Of a DNA stretch of 55,636 bases, positions 9,776 to 19,525 are shown in pieces (within the stretch, counting starts at the first letter, position 1; each line of letters begins with the position of its first letter). A model generated the notes under the pieces. The model ran no database searches. It was given only the letters and a program-made list of their open reading frames with translations, and had not been told where the DNA came from. This DNA is from Planctomycetota bacterium (GTDB lineage Bacteria; Planctomycetota; B15-G4; JADJEK01). The position numbers and the translations under genes are program-made. The stretch spans positions 1 through 55,636 of the forward strand of contig JBGAIQ010000037.1 in the NCBI GenBank assembly GCA_044225365.1, read 5' to 3'.

Positions 9776-11785
9776 TCAATGCCCGCGGAACGCGGCGAGG
9801 CGCGGCGAGATCCTTCCCTCGGCGAGAAGGCGGTCCCAATCGGGCTGCGGGATGGCGTTCGCGAACCAACGCCACGACGACTGGCCGGTGGGGGTCGCCG
9901 CCGAGACGGGGAGGTCGTCGTGCCACAGATTCGCTCCGCCGACGTCGAACGTCGATACGAGGGCCGACGCGATCGCCGCGCCCTGCGCGGGATCGGCCGC
10001 TGCGAGGCGCGAGCGATTCTCGAGCGCGAGGAAGATCCCGTTGCGCAAGGCAAAGGCGTCCGCGCCCGCTTGCATGCGAGCGGCGCAGTCGATCGCGGCG
10101 CGCGCGACGAGATCCGAGGCCACGTCGGCCGCGAAGAAGTTGGAGTTGACGAGCGCGTGCATGCGTTCCTCGTCCGAACCTTCGCGGGCGACCCGCTCGA
10201 GCAGTTCGGGGCCGCCGGGCACTGCGGCGGCGAACGCGGCGACGGAGCGGATCATCGCCGTCGAAGCGGCGGGGGACAGTCCTGCCTTCAGGTCACCGGA
10301 GAGTCGGCGTTCGAGGTGCTCGGCGGCGAACGCGCCGTCTCGATACGCCGCTGCGGTCCACGCGTTCGCCAGAAGGGATTCGCGCGCGGCCGATCCCTCG
10401 ACGCGTCCGAGCCAGGACTCCGCCGAACGCAGTCCGTCGAACGCATCCGCCAGGTCGGCGTGCTCGGCGTAGAGCGTCGGCAAGAGCGCCGCGAGGGCGG
10501 CGAGTTCGTCGGAGCGACGCTTGCGGAGCGCGTCGAGCTCGCGACGTTCGTCGGCCGAGAGATCGGTCCCGAGGCGTTCGAGATCGTCGATTCGTGCGTC
10601 GAGCGCGTGCGGCTCCTTTCCGAGGACGAGAGACTGGAAATGGGGCAGCGCCTCCGCCCAGAACGCATCGGGCGACAGTTCGGAAGCGAGTCGCCTCCAG
10701 CAGGCGACGGCCTCGTCGAGCGACAGCCGGCCTCCGGGCTCGAGCGGACGGTCGGGATGCAGCTCGCTCGAGATGGCGTCGTGGAGATTCGCCGCGTAGT
10801 CGGGGAGGAAGCCGCGCGGATTCCGAACGCGGTGTGCGTTCCCTGCTTTCGTGCTCCCCATAGTCCCCATAACCCTTGGAATGGAGACCTCCGCGAACGG
10901 ATCCGCGCCGCCTTCGTTCGCCGCGGCGTCGACCTCGTGCGCGAGCTTCTCGCGTAGTGAATCGACGATCGCTTCGTGATCCGGCGTGAATCCGACCTTG
11001 GCACGGTTCTCCCGCAGCGGTCCCGCAGGAACGAACGCGTTCACGCCGTTCCGCGACCAGACCTGTTCGAAGGGCGGCGCGAGCGATCCCAGCACGAGGA
11101 AAGCGCGGATCTCGTCCTCCTCTCCGCGCAGGATCAAGTGCGAGATGAACGCTTCGCGCGCCTTCTGCGCCTCCGCCTCGTCGTCACCGAAGAAGGCGGC
11201 GTCGCGCAGGGCCGCGAAGATCACGTATCGCGCGCAGAGCGCTGGCGCGAGTCCCGTGCGCGACGCGGAGCCGAACGTCCCGGAGAGACGGTCGTCGATG
11301 CACGGCGGCCCGAGGAGGAAGTCGTCGTCGAGGAAGGGAAACAGATCGGCCGGGGCGAGGCGCGGCAGAGCCTCGCGCAACTTCGCGAACGACTCCTGCG
11401 CCTGCCGATGCATGGGCAGTTCGAGCACGTAGGGGTAGGGGAGGACGCGACCGCGGCTCGCGTTCACGAAGGACTCGGGTGCGTCGTGGAGTGCGTCGTC
11501 GAGGAATCGGCGTTGCCGCTCATCCGGTCGCCGTGTGTGCTCGAAGTCGGCGAACAGCAGGGCTGATTCCTGCTGGCGTGTCGCGAGTTCCTTGACGATG
11601 GCGAGCAGGCCAGGATCGATTCGAGACGACGCGGGCGCTTCGCGGCGCACGGCGTCCTGCGCCGTGGCGAACGCACTGGAGAAGATGCCGATCGCCACCG
11701 CGACGAGCGGCGCTGCGAGGGCACGGATTTCGATGGGACCGGATGGCGCGGATTCGATCCGTCGCCGCAAGATCTTTGGACTCAT
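9776..11785 (-). CDS. Secreted/membrane-anchored hypothetical protein (669 aa), largely alpha-helical
   Basis: ATG 11785 preceded by GAGG; hydrophobic 'ALAAPLVAVAIGIFSSAFATA|QD'; Ala/Leu/Arg/Glu-rich helical body; no recognisable domain. Confidence 0.7.
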   Translation of the reverse strand: MSPKILRRRIESAPSGPIEIRALAAPLVAVAIGIFSSAFATAQDAVRREAPASSRIDPGLLAIVKELATRQQESALLFADFEHTRRPDERQRRFLDDALHDAPESFVNASRGRVLPYPYVLELPMHRQAQESFAKLREALPRLAPADLFPFLDDDFLLGPPCIDDRLSGTFGSASRTGLAPALCARYVIFAALRDAAFFGDDEAEAQKAREAFISHLILRGEEDEIRAFLVLGSLAPPFEQVWSRNGVNAFVPAGPLRENRAKVGFTPDHEAIVDSLREKLAHEVDAAANEGGADPFAEVSIPRVMGTMGSTKAGNAHRVRNPRGFLPDYAANLHDAISSELHPDRPLEPGGRLSLDEAVACWRRLASELSPDAFWAEALPHFQSLVLGKEPHALDARIDDLERLGTDLSADERRELDALRKRRSDELAALAALLPTLYAEHADLADAFDGLRSAESWLGRVEGSAARESLLANAWTAAAYRDGAFAAEHLERRLSGDLKAGLSPAASTAMIRSVAAFAAAVPGGPELLERVAREGSDEERMHALVNSNFFAADVASDLVARAAIDCAARMQAGADAFALRNGIFLALENRSRLAAADPAQGAAIASALVSTFDVGGANLWHDDLPVSAATPTGQSSWRWFANAIPQPDWDRLLAEGRISPRLAAFRGH

Positions 11786-11837
11786 GGTTCCTCGTTTCGT
11801 GTTCGCAGTCTTCGCTCGTCGCGGTTCGTCTTCGACG

Positions 11838-12326
11838 TCAGCTCGAACCCGGGATCTCGTCGCAGTAACCATCCGTGTCGTAGGTGACGATGGTCGTTGC
11901 GATCTCGGCGCCGTACTGACACGTCCGCTCTCCGATCGGGATCGAGATGATCCCGAGGATCGAGAGACTGCCCGGCGAGCAGGTGCCGACCTTCGTCCAC
12001 CCTGCGATCGAGCTCGTCTTCAGCTTGAACTCCGCCGGGTCCTTCTTGTCATGGTGCGCGGGCACGTACTCGAGCACGCGGCAGCACGCTTCGACGCCCT
12101 GCGAGCCGCTTCCCCCGACACCGACCTGGAACTTGCCGACGTCGACGGTGACGCCGGACGCGCAGTCGCGCGGGAGGTGGCACTTGGCCTCGCTCGGCTT
12201 CTTGTCGAGCGACCCGCACTCGCGCGCGTGCGCGAACGGCGAGGCGGCGAACGAGAGCGTGAGAGCGACGAGACCGAGCAGGGTGAGAGCGCGCGGCGAC
12301 GGATTCCCAACGAACCGGGAGGACAT
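11838..12326 (-). CDS. Small secreted Cys-rich protein (162 aa, 8 Cys in the mature part)
   Basis: ATG 12326 preceded by AAAGGA; signal peptide ending 'PFAHA|REC'; GC-rich third positions like neighbouring genes. Confidence 0.75.
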   Translation of the reverse strand: MSSRFVGNPSPRALTLLGLVALTLSFAASPFAHARECGSLDKKPSEAKCHLPRDCASGVTVDVGKFQVGVGGSGSQGVEACCRVLEYVPAHHDKKDPAEFKLKTSSIAGWTKVGTCSPGSLSILGIISIPIGERTCQYGAEIATTIVTYDTDGYCDEIPGSS

Positions 12327-12610
12327 GATCGGGTTCCTTTCATCAAGAGCCGAGAAGGGGGCGCGCAGGCGTTCTTCGCCCGCGCCGACGACCCCGCGGC
12401 CAGAACGCACGGGTGCGCGGTCCGCGACGCACACCGCGCTCGCTATTTTCGAATTCGACCCGCCGACCGCGTCGAAACCGGGTCTTCGAGCACGAATACG
12501 AGCTTCGTGCGAACTCTCCAGAAGTTCCACGAAAGGGGATGGCGCGGTGAGCGGCGGGTCGTGACAGTCGCCTTACAGGCACACCCCGCACGCTGGACGA
12601 TGATGGAGCG

Positions 12611-14557
12611 ATGGAAATCGACCTTCGCACTCGTCGTCGCGACTTCCTCCGCCTCACGGCCGCCGCTGCGAGTCTCGCTCTCGCACCGCGTGGCTTCGCA
12701 AGGAACGGGCGCGCCGTCGATCCGCTCCGTGGGATCTGGTGGTTCTATCCGTCGTTCCTCGAGCACCCCGAGGGACCGTGGGGAACCTGCCCCGATCGCA
12801 ATGCGTCGCCTCTTCCGCTCTGGAAGGCGTGCCTCTCGTGGCTCGCGGACCATGGCGTGAACTCCGCGTTCGTGCACTTCGGACCCTTCGGGTCGGATCT
12901 CTCACCCTTCGCGCAGGATCGGGTGCGCACCGGTTGGGGCTTCCACTATCTGCTGGACTTCGAACGCTTCCCCGAAGCCCGAACGTTCGACAAGAGCACT
13001 CTGGCGCGCAATCGAGAACTGCTGAACGCGATCTGCACGCACGGCAAGGCGGTCGGCTGCGACGTCTACACGCATCACTACAACTTCTCCGCGCCGAAAC
13101 CGTTCGTCGACGGCCATCACGTCGATCTCCTGAAGGTGCCGGTCGGCTCGAAGCGAATCGTGAAGGATCTCTACCCGGGTTTCTGCGACCAACGCCAACT
13201 GCTCCATCGGAACCTCTGCTGGAACAGTCCGCTCTATCGCGCCTTCCTCGTCAGTTGTTGGGAGGAGACCTGCAGGGTCGTGCCGGATCTGAAGGGGATC
13301 CTCGTCACCCCCGGAGAGAATGCGCGCTGTCCCTGCGTGAATTGCGTGGGTGCGACCGACGATCCCGGCGCGCCCTTCGCCACGAGCAAGGAGAGACTCG
13401 CCACGCTCGGCAACTTCGTCCAGGTGTTCGTCGATACGCTGAAGAGGGCGGGCCGCGAGCCGATGGTGCGCGCGTGGGCAGCGGGCAAGAGTCGCCCGTG
13501 GATCGAGGTGTTCCCGAAGGGTGTGCGGTACTTCCTCAAGTACTCCTACTTCGACGTCGTCGACTGCGATCCCGACCCGGCGATCGCGGAGTGGGTCGCG
13601 GCGGGGCATCGCATCGTGGCGACGCCGGAGATCCAGGGCGGCGAGAATGGAGGGCCGACGCTCTGGCGCCGACCGGACTACCTGCCCGCCGTCGTCTCGA
13701 AGTCGTTCGCGGCCGGCGCGGAGGGCGTGGTCGCGTGCGTCAACTCCGAGCACGGATTCCTTTCCACGCCGCGCCGCGTCCAACACAGCCCGACCGTCCT
13801 GTTCGCGAATGCCGTGAAGAACCCGGGGAAGAGCGATCGCGAACTCTCCGTGTCGCTCGACCGCGCGATCTTCGGTGACGTCGGAGCCGACATCCATCGT
13901 GTCCTCGAGGCCGCCTGCGAGATCGTGTTCACCATGCCGCGGATCGTGTTCGAGCCCGAGGAAGGCTTCACCTGGCAGTTCGCCTACACGTTTTTCAAGG
14001 ACGAGTGGCCGGGCCGCCTCGGCAGCGTGATCGATGCGGACCGCGGGATCGCGGGCGATATCGCGACGCTGAAGGACGTGCTCTCCGCGGCGCGAACGCG
14101 GAAGTTCGAGGAGCCCTTCCCGGCCAGTTCGCTCGCGGGACGGCGCGACCCGCTCGAAGTCCTGCGGCAGGCCGCGGCGAAGGCGCGCGCTGCGGAGGCC
14201 GAACTCATCGAACTCGAGAAGCGGGTCGACGAGAGCGCAGCGGCGGACTTCGATCTCGTGAAGATCTCCGTGAAGTTGTGTCGGATCCTCGGCGACGAGT
14301 GGACGGCACTGCTCGCGGCTCGAATCTGTTTCGAGGCCTGCATGGGTCCGAATGGCGCCGCCGCGCGCGAGGCGCTCGGGAAACGCTGTCTCGTCGAGTT
14401 CGACAAGTCGATCGCCGCGATCGACGAGTGCGGCGCCGTTGCGCGAACCCTGCCGCATGGACTCGTGAGCAGCACGCTCGTCGAACGTTCGCCGCGCAAG
14501 CGCTCGCAGCGTCTCGAGGAGAAGGCCGAGGCGTCGCGGCGACTCGGCCTCGGTTGA
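12611..14557 (+). CDS. Tat-exported protein, possible glycoside-hydrolase-like barrel enzyme
   Basis: Twin-arginine signal 'RRRDFLRLTAAAASLALAPRGFA'; 'LRGIWWFYP'; 'GILVTPGE'; CxCxxC 'CPCVNC'; helical C-terminus. Family uncertain. Confidence 0.7.
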   Translation: MEIDLRTRRRDFLRLTAAAASLALAPRGFARNGRAVDPLRGIWWFYPSFLEHPEGPWGTCPDRNASPLPLWKACLSWLADHGVNSAFVHFGPFGSDLSPFAQDRVRTGWGFHYLLDFERFPEARTFDKSTLARNRELLNAICTHGKAVGCDVYTHHYNFSAPKPFVDGHHVDLLKVPVGSKRIVKDLYPGFCDQRQLLHRNLCWNSPLYRAFLVSCWEETCRVVPDLKGILVTPGENARCPCVNCVGATDDPGAPFATSKERLATLGNFVQVFVDTLKRAGREPMVRAWAAGKSRPWIEVFPKGVRYFLKYSYFDVVDCDPDPAIAEWVAAGHRIVATPEIQGGENGGPTLWRRPDYLPAVVSKSFAAGAEGVVACVNSEHGFLSTPRRVQHSPTVLFANAVKNPGKSDRELSVSLDRAIFGDVGADIHRVLEAACEIVFTMPRIVFEPEEGFTWQFAYTFFKDEWPGRLGSVIDADRGIAGDIATLKDVLSAARTRKFEEPFPASSLAGRRDPLEVLRQAAAKARAAEAELIELEKRVDESAAADFDLVKISVKLCRILGDEWTALLAARICFEACMGPNGAAAREALGKRCLVEFDKSIAAIDECGAVARTLPHGLVSSTLVERSPRKRSQRLEEKAEASRRLGLG

Positions 14558-14587
14558 GTCGGACCTGCCCGACTTCGACCCGAACGA

Positions 14588-16135
14588 TCAGTTGCGGCGG
14601 AAGCCCTTCACGTCGGGGTCGTCGATCGCGACGTATCCCGAACTCGCGAGGACCTTCATCGCATCGGGCGGCAGGAGCGGTGAGATGAGAGCGCCGAGTT
14701 CGCGGTTCTTCACGGCATCGAGGATGCGAGGCATCAGGTGCACCAGGACGTTTCCGGCGATTCGATCCTGGAACAGATTCTGACTGAGCGCGAATTGCGG
14801 AGTGCCCTCGGGCTCGCCGAGCAGGGCGCCGCGATCGCGCCGGGCGAGCGCCTTGAAGAGGCCGCCACGCCGGATCTCGATGAGGAGCCCGCGGGCGACT
14901 GCTTCGAGCTCGAAGTCTCCGACGAACGGGACCCGATTCGCGATGACGCCGTGCAGTGGATTGGGGACGACGACGAACTCGTCCGGGTGCGTCAGCGATC
15001 CGAGGATGCGCGCGGTGTTCGCGAGATCCGCCGTCACGTCGTTGCCGAGTCCGTAGGGATACGCGTTCCAACGCATGTCCTCGTCCTCGAACGCGTGGAT
15101 GCAGAGGAACGAGAGGACGAGGGCGACGGCGAAGCGGACCTTCGAGCGCGCGCGGAACGCATGGATCAGGAAGATCCCGACGCCGGCCGCACACGGCAGC
15201 AGGATGTCGATCGTGTTGTGATCCCAGAACGAGGGCGATGCGAAGAGGTAGTAACCGATCCATGCGATCGCGAGCCAGCGCAGCATTCGAAGCCGCGGGC
15301 ACTGCGGGCCGAGAGCGAGCCCGAGGACTCCGATCGCGAGTGCGGGATCGCAGTAGCGCGCGAAGTCGCGAAGCTTCTCCGCGAACGAGACGGCGGTTCC
15401 CTTGAAGAAGTAGAAGGCGAAGACCTGTACCGCGAACTCGGCGCCGTAGCGGGCGAAGAGGAGGAGTCCGAGCGCGACGAGCGGGAGGAGCGTCATCGCA
15501 CCCGCGATCGCGAGCGCGCGCAGGGAGCCGCGCCGCACGATCTCGGTCGCGATCACGAGCACGCCGATGATCGCGGTCAGCTTGAAGCTGATCGTGAGGG
15601 CGAGGAGGAGGCCGCAGAAGGCGGCATCCTTGTCGGAGACGACGGACCTTCGCACGACGAGGAAGAGCGCGGCGGCGAGACCGAGGTTCGTCCAGATCTC
15701 TCGCTCGAAGCCGTGCCAGGCGACCATCGGCGCCGCGCATTGGTAGGCGAGCGCCGCCGTCAGCGCGACGGCACGACCGTATCGCTGATGGAGCAGCGCG
15801 CCGAGCAAGCAGGCCGTGGCGATCACCGCCACGCCGGTGAGGAGCGACGCCGTCGCCCACGGCGGGAAGCCGAGCCGGAACGCGAGCGCGTAGAGGTACT
15901 CGAGCGTCGGATACGCGACGTGCGTGAAGTCGACGTACGGTGCGTCCCCGCGCGCGATCCTCCAAGCGGCGTGCAGGTAGAAGCCGTCGAGAACCGTTTC
16001 ACGTCCGAAGGCGACGAGGAGGAGCCGGACGAGCGTGCCGAGGACGACGATCCAAGCGGCGGTGTTTCGCCAGGTCCCGTCGGCGGCTTTGTTTGTCGAT
16101 TCGGACTCCAAGGAGTCGCTCGTTCCTGGCAGCAT
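14588..16135 (-). CDS. Multi-pass membrane protein, ArnT/PMT-like GT-C glycosyltransferase
   Basis: First TM followed by 'DGFYLHAAWRIARGDAPYVDFTHVAYP', typical of the GT-C first loop; ~10 further hydrophobic helices; soluble C-terminal domain. Start (ATG 16135) is uncertain. Confidence 0.7.
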   Translation of the reverse strand: MLPGTSDSLESESTNKAADGTWRNTAAWIVVLGTLVRLLLVAFGRETVLDGFYLHAAWRIARGDAPYVDFTHVAYPTLEYLYALAFRLGFPPWATASLLTGVAVIATACLLGALLHQRYGRAVALTAALAYQCAAPMVAWHGFEREIWTNLGLAAALFLVVRRSVVSDKDAAFCGLLLALTISFKLTAIIGVLVIATEIVRRGSLRALAIAGAMTLLPLVALGLLLFARYGAEFAVQVFAFYFFKGTAVSFAEKLRDFARYCDPALAIGVLGLALGPQCPRLRMLRWLAIAWIGYYLFASPSFWDHNTIDILLPCAAGVGIFLIHAFRARSKVRFAVALVLSFLCIHAFEDEDMRWNAYPYGLGNDVTADLANTARILGSLTHPDEFVVVPNPLHGVIANRVPFVGDFELEAVARGLLIEIRRGGLFKALARRDRGALLGEPEGTPQFALSQNLFQDRIAGNVLVHLMPRILDAVKNRELGALISPLLPPDAMKVLASSGYVAIDDPDVKGFRRN

Positions 16136-16221
16136 CGAAGTTAAGATGTCGGTCCTTTGTCGGCAGGACGGATCGTAGCGTGTGTGGAGCTCGCGACGTC
16201 CTTTGCCGCGGACGACATTTG

Positions 16222-17322
16222 ATGCCGCATTCCATCCAGGCCCGCCGCGTCGCGATGATCGATCGCCTGCACGATTACGTGCGGCGCCGGCTGTTGCCCC
16301 GTCTCGGCGCGAGCGGTGAGTTCGAACTGACGCCGGCAACGAAAGGTCGCCGCTCGATCGTCGTCTTCCTGACGTGTAGCGCGGGTCGCTTCGTGCTGAA
16401 GTGTCATCCCGAGCTCGTCCGCGCCGCTCGAACCTACCTGTCGCAACGTCACATCGAGCGTCGCGGCGGTCCGATCCCGAGGTTGCTCGTCGCCGACTTC
16501 TCGCCGTTCACGTATTTCGAACTCGGCGCGTTCGTGTTGGTCGAGGAGTCGTTCACGGGAAAGCACCTGGCAGAAGCATCCGATCGCAAGGCGGCGATCG
16601 TGAGCGCTGCGCGTGCGCTTGCGGCATTCCACGACATGCGATCCCCCGGCTACGGTGCGCTCATCCCGCTCCTGCGGCGCAAGACCGGCTACTTCGACGC
16701 GATCATGCGGCGAATGAAGCGGCGGATCGAGCATCTCGGCGGAGTCGATCGTCACTTCCGGCCCTTGCTCGCGCCGGCGTTCATCGGCTGGTTCGAGCAG
16801 TATCGCGATCGGGTGGAGGATGGCTCGCCCTACGAGTTGTCGCATCTGCGAATGACCGGGACGAACGTGCTCGTGTCCGAGGACGGTTCGGCGTGCGTGA
16901 TCGACATCGTGACGTCGCGCTACGCGCGGTCGTCGTTCGACCTGACGAGCGCCCTGCATCGCTGGTGTCACAACGACGACCAACGCGCGGCGCTGCTCGA
17001 GAGTTACTTCGCGACTCGCAAGACGATGACGCGCGAGCGGTTCGAGCGCGACTACGCGTTCTATCATGCGTTCTTCCACTTCTCGCAGGCGCACGATCAC
17101 GGTGAAGTGATCGCGTCGCTCGACCAGAAGCGCCGCGCGACGGGGAAGCGCAACTGGCCGAAGCGCCGCGCGCGCACGGCGTTCGTGCGCTACCACCTTC
17201 GCGAAGCCTGGCAGGCGATCCGGGATTCCGGAGTGCCGCTCTCCGAGCACCTCATGCGTGCGCTGCGTTCGACATTCCTGAAGCAGAAGCGCAAGCTCGT
17301 CCCGCAGTCCGCACCGGCTTGA
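16222..17322 (+). CDS. Aminoglycoside-phosphotransferase/kinase-like fold protein with non-canonical catalytic loop
   Basis: 'FVLKC', 'PIPRLL', 'LVEESFTG', 'ARALAAFH', 'HLRMTGTNVL...VIDIV'. Start could be ATG 16222 or 16255. Confidence 0.75.
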   Translation: MPHSIQARRVAMIDRLHDYVRRRLLPRLGASGEFELTPATKGRRSIVVFLTCSAGRFVLKCHPELVRAARTYLSQRHIERRGGPIPRLLVADFSPFTYFELGAFVLVEESFTGKHLAEASDRKAAIVSAARALAAFHDMRSPGYGALIPLLRRKTGYFDAIMRRMKRRIEHLGGVDRHFRPLLAPAFIGWFEQYRDRVEDGSPYELSHLRMTGTNVLVSEDGSACVIDIVTSRYARSSFDLTSALHRWCHNDDQRAALLESYFATRKTMTRERFERDYAFYHAFFHFSQAHDHGEVIASLDQKRRATGKRNWPKRRARTAFVRYHLREAWQAIRDSGVPLSEHLMRALRSTFLKQKRKLVPQSAPA

Positions 17323-17343
17323 CGCCTCGCGCGACGACGATCG

Positions 17344-17772
17344 CTACGACCCGATCGCGGTGTACAGCATCACGAACACCACGACCCCTGTGACCGACAC
17401 GTACAGCCAGATCGGGAACGTGATCTTCGCGATCTTCTTGTGCTGCTCGCGCTGATCCTTGAGTCCGCGATAGAGCGTGATCACGACGAGGGGAACGTTG
17501 ACGATCGCGAGCAGGACGTGGGACGCCAGGATGGCGAGGTACACGGATTTCAACGCGCCGTGGCCGGGGTAGGGCACCGAGCCGACCTTCGCGTGATAGA
17601 TCACGTAACTGACGAGGAAGAGTCCCGACGTCATCGCCGCCGACAGCATGAACCGCTTGTGGAGGACGACGTCCTTCCGGTTGCGGATCGCGTTGAATCC
17701 GAGCAGGAGCAACACGGTCGTGAGCGCGTTGAGGGCGGTATTGAGTTTGGGGAGGTCGGCGTATTCCAGCAT
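17344..17772 (-). CDS. DUF420 family membrane protein (CtaM/YozB-like)
   Basis: 'LPKLNTALN', 'HKRFMLSA', 'FLVSYVIYH', 'ILASHVLLA', 'HKKIAKITFPIWLYVSVTGVVVF'. Confidence 0.9.
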   Translation of the reverse strand: MLEYADLPKLNTALNALTTVLLLLGFNAIRNRKDVVLHKRFMLSAAMTSGLFLVSYVIYHAKVGSVPYPGHGALKSVYLAILASHVLLAIVNVPLVVITLYRGLKDQREQHKKIAKITFPIWLYVSVTGVVVFVMLYTAIGS

Positions 17773-17787
17773 GGACGTCGATCCTGA

Positions 17788-18570
17788 TCAGTCTTGCCGC
17801 GTACGGCGAGCGAGCGCGGCGGCGAGCACGATCACGAGGCCGGCGGCGACGATCGTGATCAGGAGATCGGTCGCGAAATGGGGCGCCGCCGCCGAGAACG
17901 CGCGACCGTACAGGGCATCGCGGAACGCCCGCATCCCATAGAACAACGGATTCGCCTGCATGACGAGACGGAGCGCGGAGGGCGTGCCTTCGATCGGGAA
18001 GAACGCGCCGGACAGCAGCCACATCGGGATGAGGAACACGTTCATGATCGCGTGGAAGCCCTGCGTCGAATCGAGTCGCCACGCGATCATGAAACCGAGC
18101 GCGGCGAGTCCGAGCGAGAGCAACGCGAGCAGGAACGCGGCGAGCAAACCGCTGGAGATCGAGAGAGCGATCCCGGCGAAGGGCGCGAGCAGGAGGTAGA
18201 GGATTCCTTGGAAGCACGCGATGGCTGCCGCTCCGAGCACCTTGCCGAGCACGATCGAGAGACGCGAGACCGGTGCGGCGAGGACTCCCTGCAGGAACCC
18301 TTCCTTGCGGTCCTCGATGATCGAGATCGTCGCGAAGATCGCGGTGAAGAGGAGCGTGAGCACGACGATACCGGGATACACGTACTCGAGATAATCGACT
18401 CGCGTGTCGGTGCCGTGGAAGCTCGCTCGCAGGCCGAAACCGAGAAGGAGCCAGAACACGAGCGGCTGAACCAACGCGCCGACGATCCGATTTCGTTGGC
18501 GATAGAACCGCACGATCTCGCGTTCGAGCAGGGGCAGCGCCCCCGCGAGGAGGGGAACGGTTTCGCTCAT
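17788..18570 (-). CDS. ABC-2 type transporter permease
   Basis: 'REIVRFYRQ', 'DYLEYVYPGI', 'SIIEDRKEGFLQGVLAAPVSR', 'LLSGAFFP', 'ANPLFYG'; ATG 18570 overlaps the ATPase stop. Confidence 0.9.
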   Translation of the reverse strand: MSETVPLLAGALPLLEREIVRFYRQRNRIVGALVQPLVFWLLLGFGLRASFHGTDTRVDYLEYVYPGIVVLTLLFTAIFATISIIEDRKEGFLQGVLAAPVSRLSIVLGKVLGAAAIACFQGILYLLLAPFAGIALSISSGLLAAFLLALLSLGLAALGFMIAWRLDSTQGFHAIMNVFLIPMWLLSGAFFPIEGTPSALRLVMQANPLFYGMRAFRDALYGRAFSAAAPHFATDLLITIVAAGLVIVLAAALARRTRQD

Positions 18571-19523
18571 GGCGATCCCTCCTCGTCGTCTTTCGCCCGC
18601 GAACGCTCGGACATGTGGAACGTGCGTCCCGTCGCACGCGCGAACACGTCGTCGAGCGAGGGCCGAGCGATCTCGAGGTGTTCGAGCGCGGGTCCAAGAC
18701 GTTCGGCGACCGCGCTCGCGTGCTTCTCGATACCGTCGCCACCGAGGACGAACTCGGCTCCGACGCGGCGGGGCGAGTCCTGCGATACGGATCGCAACGC
18801 CAGCAGACATCGCTCTTCATCGCGGCTCGTCACCCGTAGCACGACGCCGCCGAGTTCGGCCTTGAGGACCGTGGGCGCGCCGTTCGCGACTACCTTGCCG
18901 CGATCGAGGATCGTCACCACGTCCGCCGCGTCCGCTTCATCGAAGAGATGGGTGGTGAAGAGGACGGTGACGCCTTCGACTCGCAGCTCATCGAGGGCGC
19001 GAACGAGATCCAAGCGCGCGGTCGGGTCGAGTCCCGTCGAGGGTTCGTCGAGCAGGAGGAGGCGCGGCGAATGGACCATCGCCTTCCCGATCTCCACGCG
19101 CCTCGCGAGACCGCCGGACAGTTCCTCGACGCGATCGTCCTTCCGATCGAGCACGGCGAAGCGCTCGAGCAGTTCCATCGCCCGAGTCCGCGCCCTCGCC
19201 CGCGAAAGCCCGTAGAGTCGCCCCGCGTACATCAGGTTCTCGATCGCGGTGAGTTTCGCGTCGAGGCTCGGATTCTGGAAGACGACGCCGATCGTCCGTC
19301 GCACCGTGGCGGATGCCATTGCGCAGTCCGAGTCGAAGATCGAGAGCGTTCCCGAATCGAGTTCGAGCAAGGTCGCAGCGATCCGGAAGAGCGTCGACTT
19401 CCCGCTCCCGTTCGGTCCGAGGATCGCGTGCCGACATCCCGCCTCGACGCTGAGATCGATTCCGGCGAGCGCCGTGCGAGGCCCGAACCGCTTCGTGACG
19501 CCGCGAGCGGCGAGCGCGTGCAT
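18567..19523 (-). CDS. ABC transporter ATP-binding protein (DrrA-like)
   Basis: Walker A GPNGSGKS, signature LSGG, Walker B LLLLDEP, H-loop TTH; ATG 19523 lies just downstream of the heme O synthase stop. Confidence 0.92.
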   Translation of the reverse strand: MHALAARGVTKRFGPRTALAGIDLSVEAGCRHAILGPNGSGKSTLFRIAATLLELDSGTLSIFDSDCAMASATVRRTIGVVFQNPSLDAKLTAIENLMYAGRLYGLSRARARTRAMELLERFAVLDRKDDRVEELSGGLARRVEIGKAMVHSPRLLLLDEPSTGLDPTARLDLVRALDELRVEGVTVLFTTHLFDEADAADVVTILDRGKVVANGAPTVLKAELGGVVLRVTSRDEERCLLALRSVSQDSPRRVGAEFVLGGDGIEKHASAVAERLGPALEHLEIARPSLDDVFARATGRTFHMSERSRAKDDEEGSP

Positions 19524-19525
19524 CG

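Noticed and set aside
16222-19523. Antibiotic-resistance locus (APH plus multidrug ABC)
   Set aside because: The APH-like protein lacks the catalytic Asp, the ABC genes sit in an oxidase-assembly context on the opposite strand, and there are no mobility genes.
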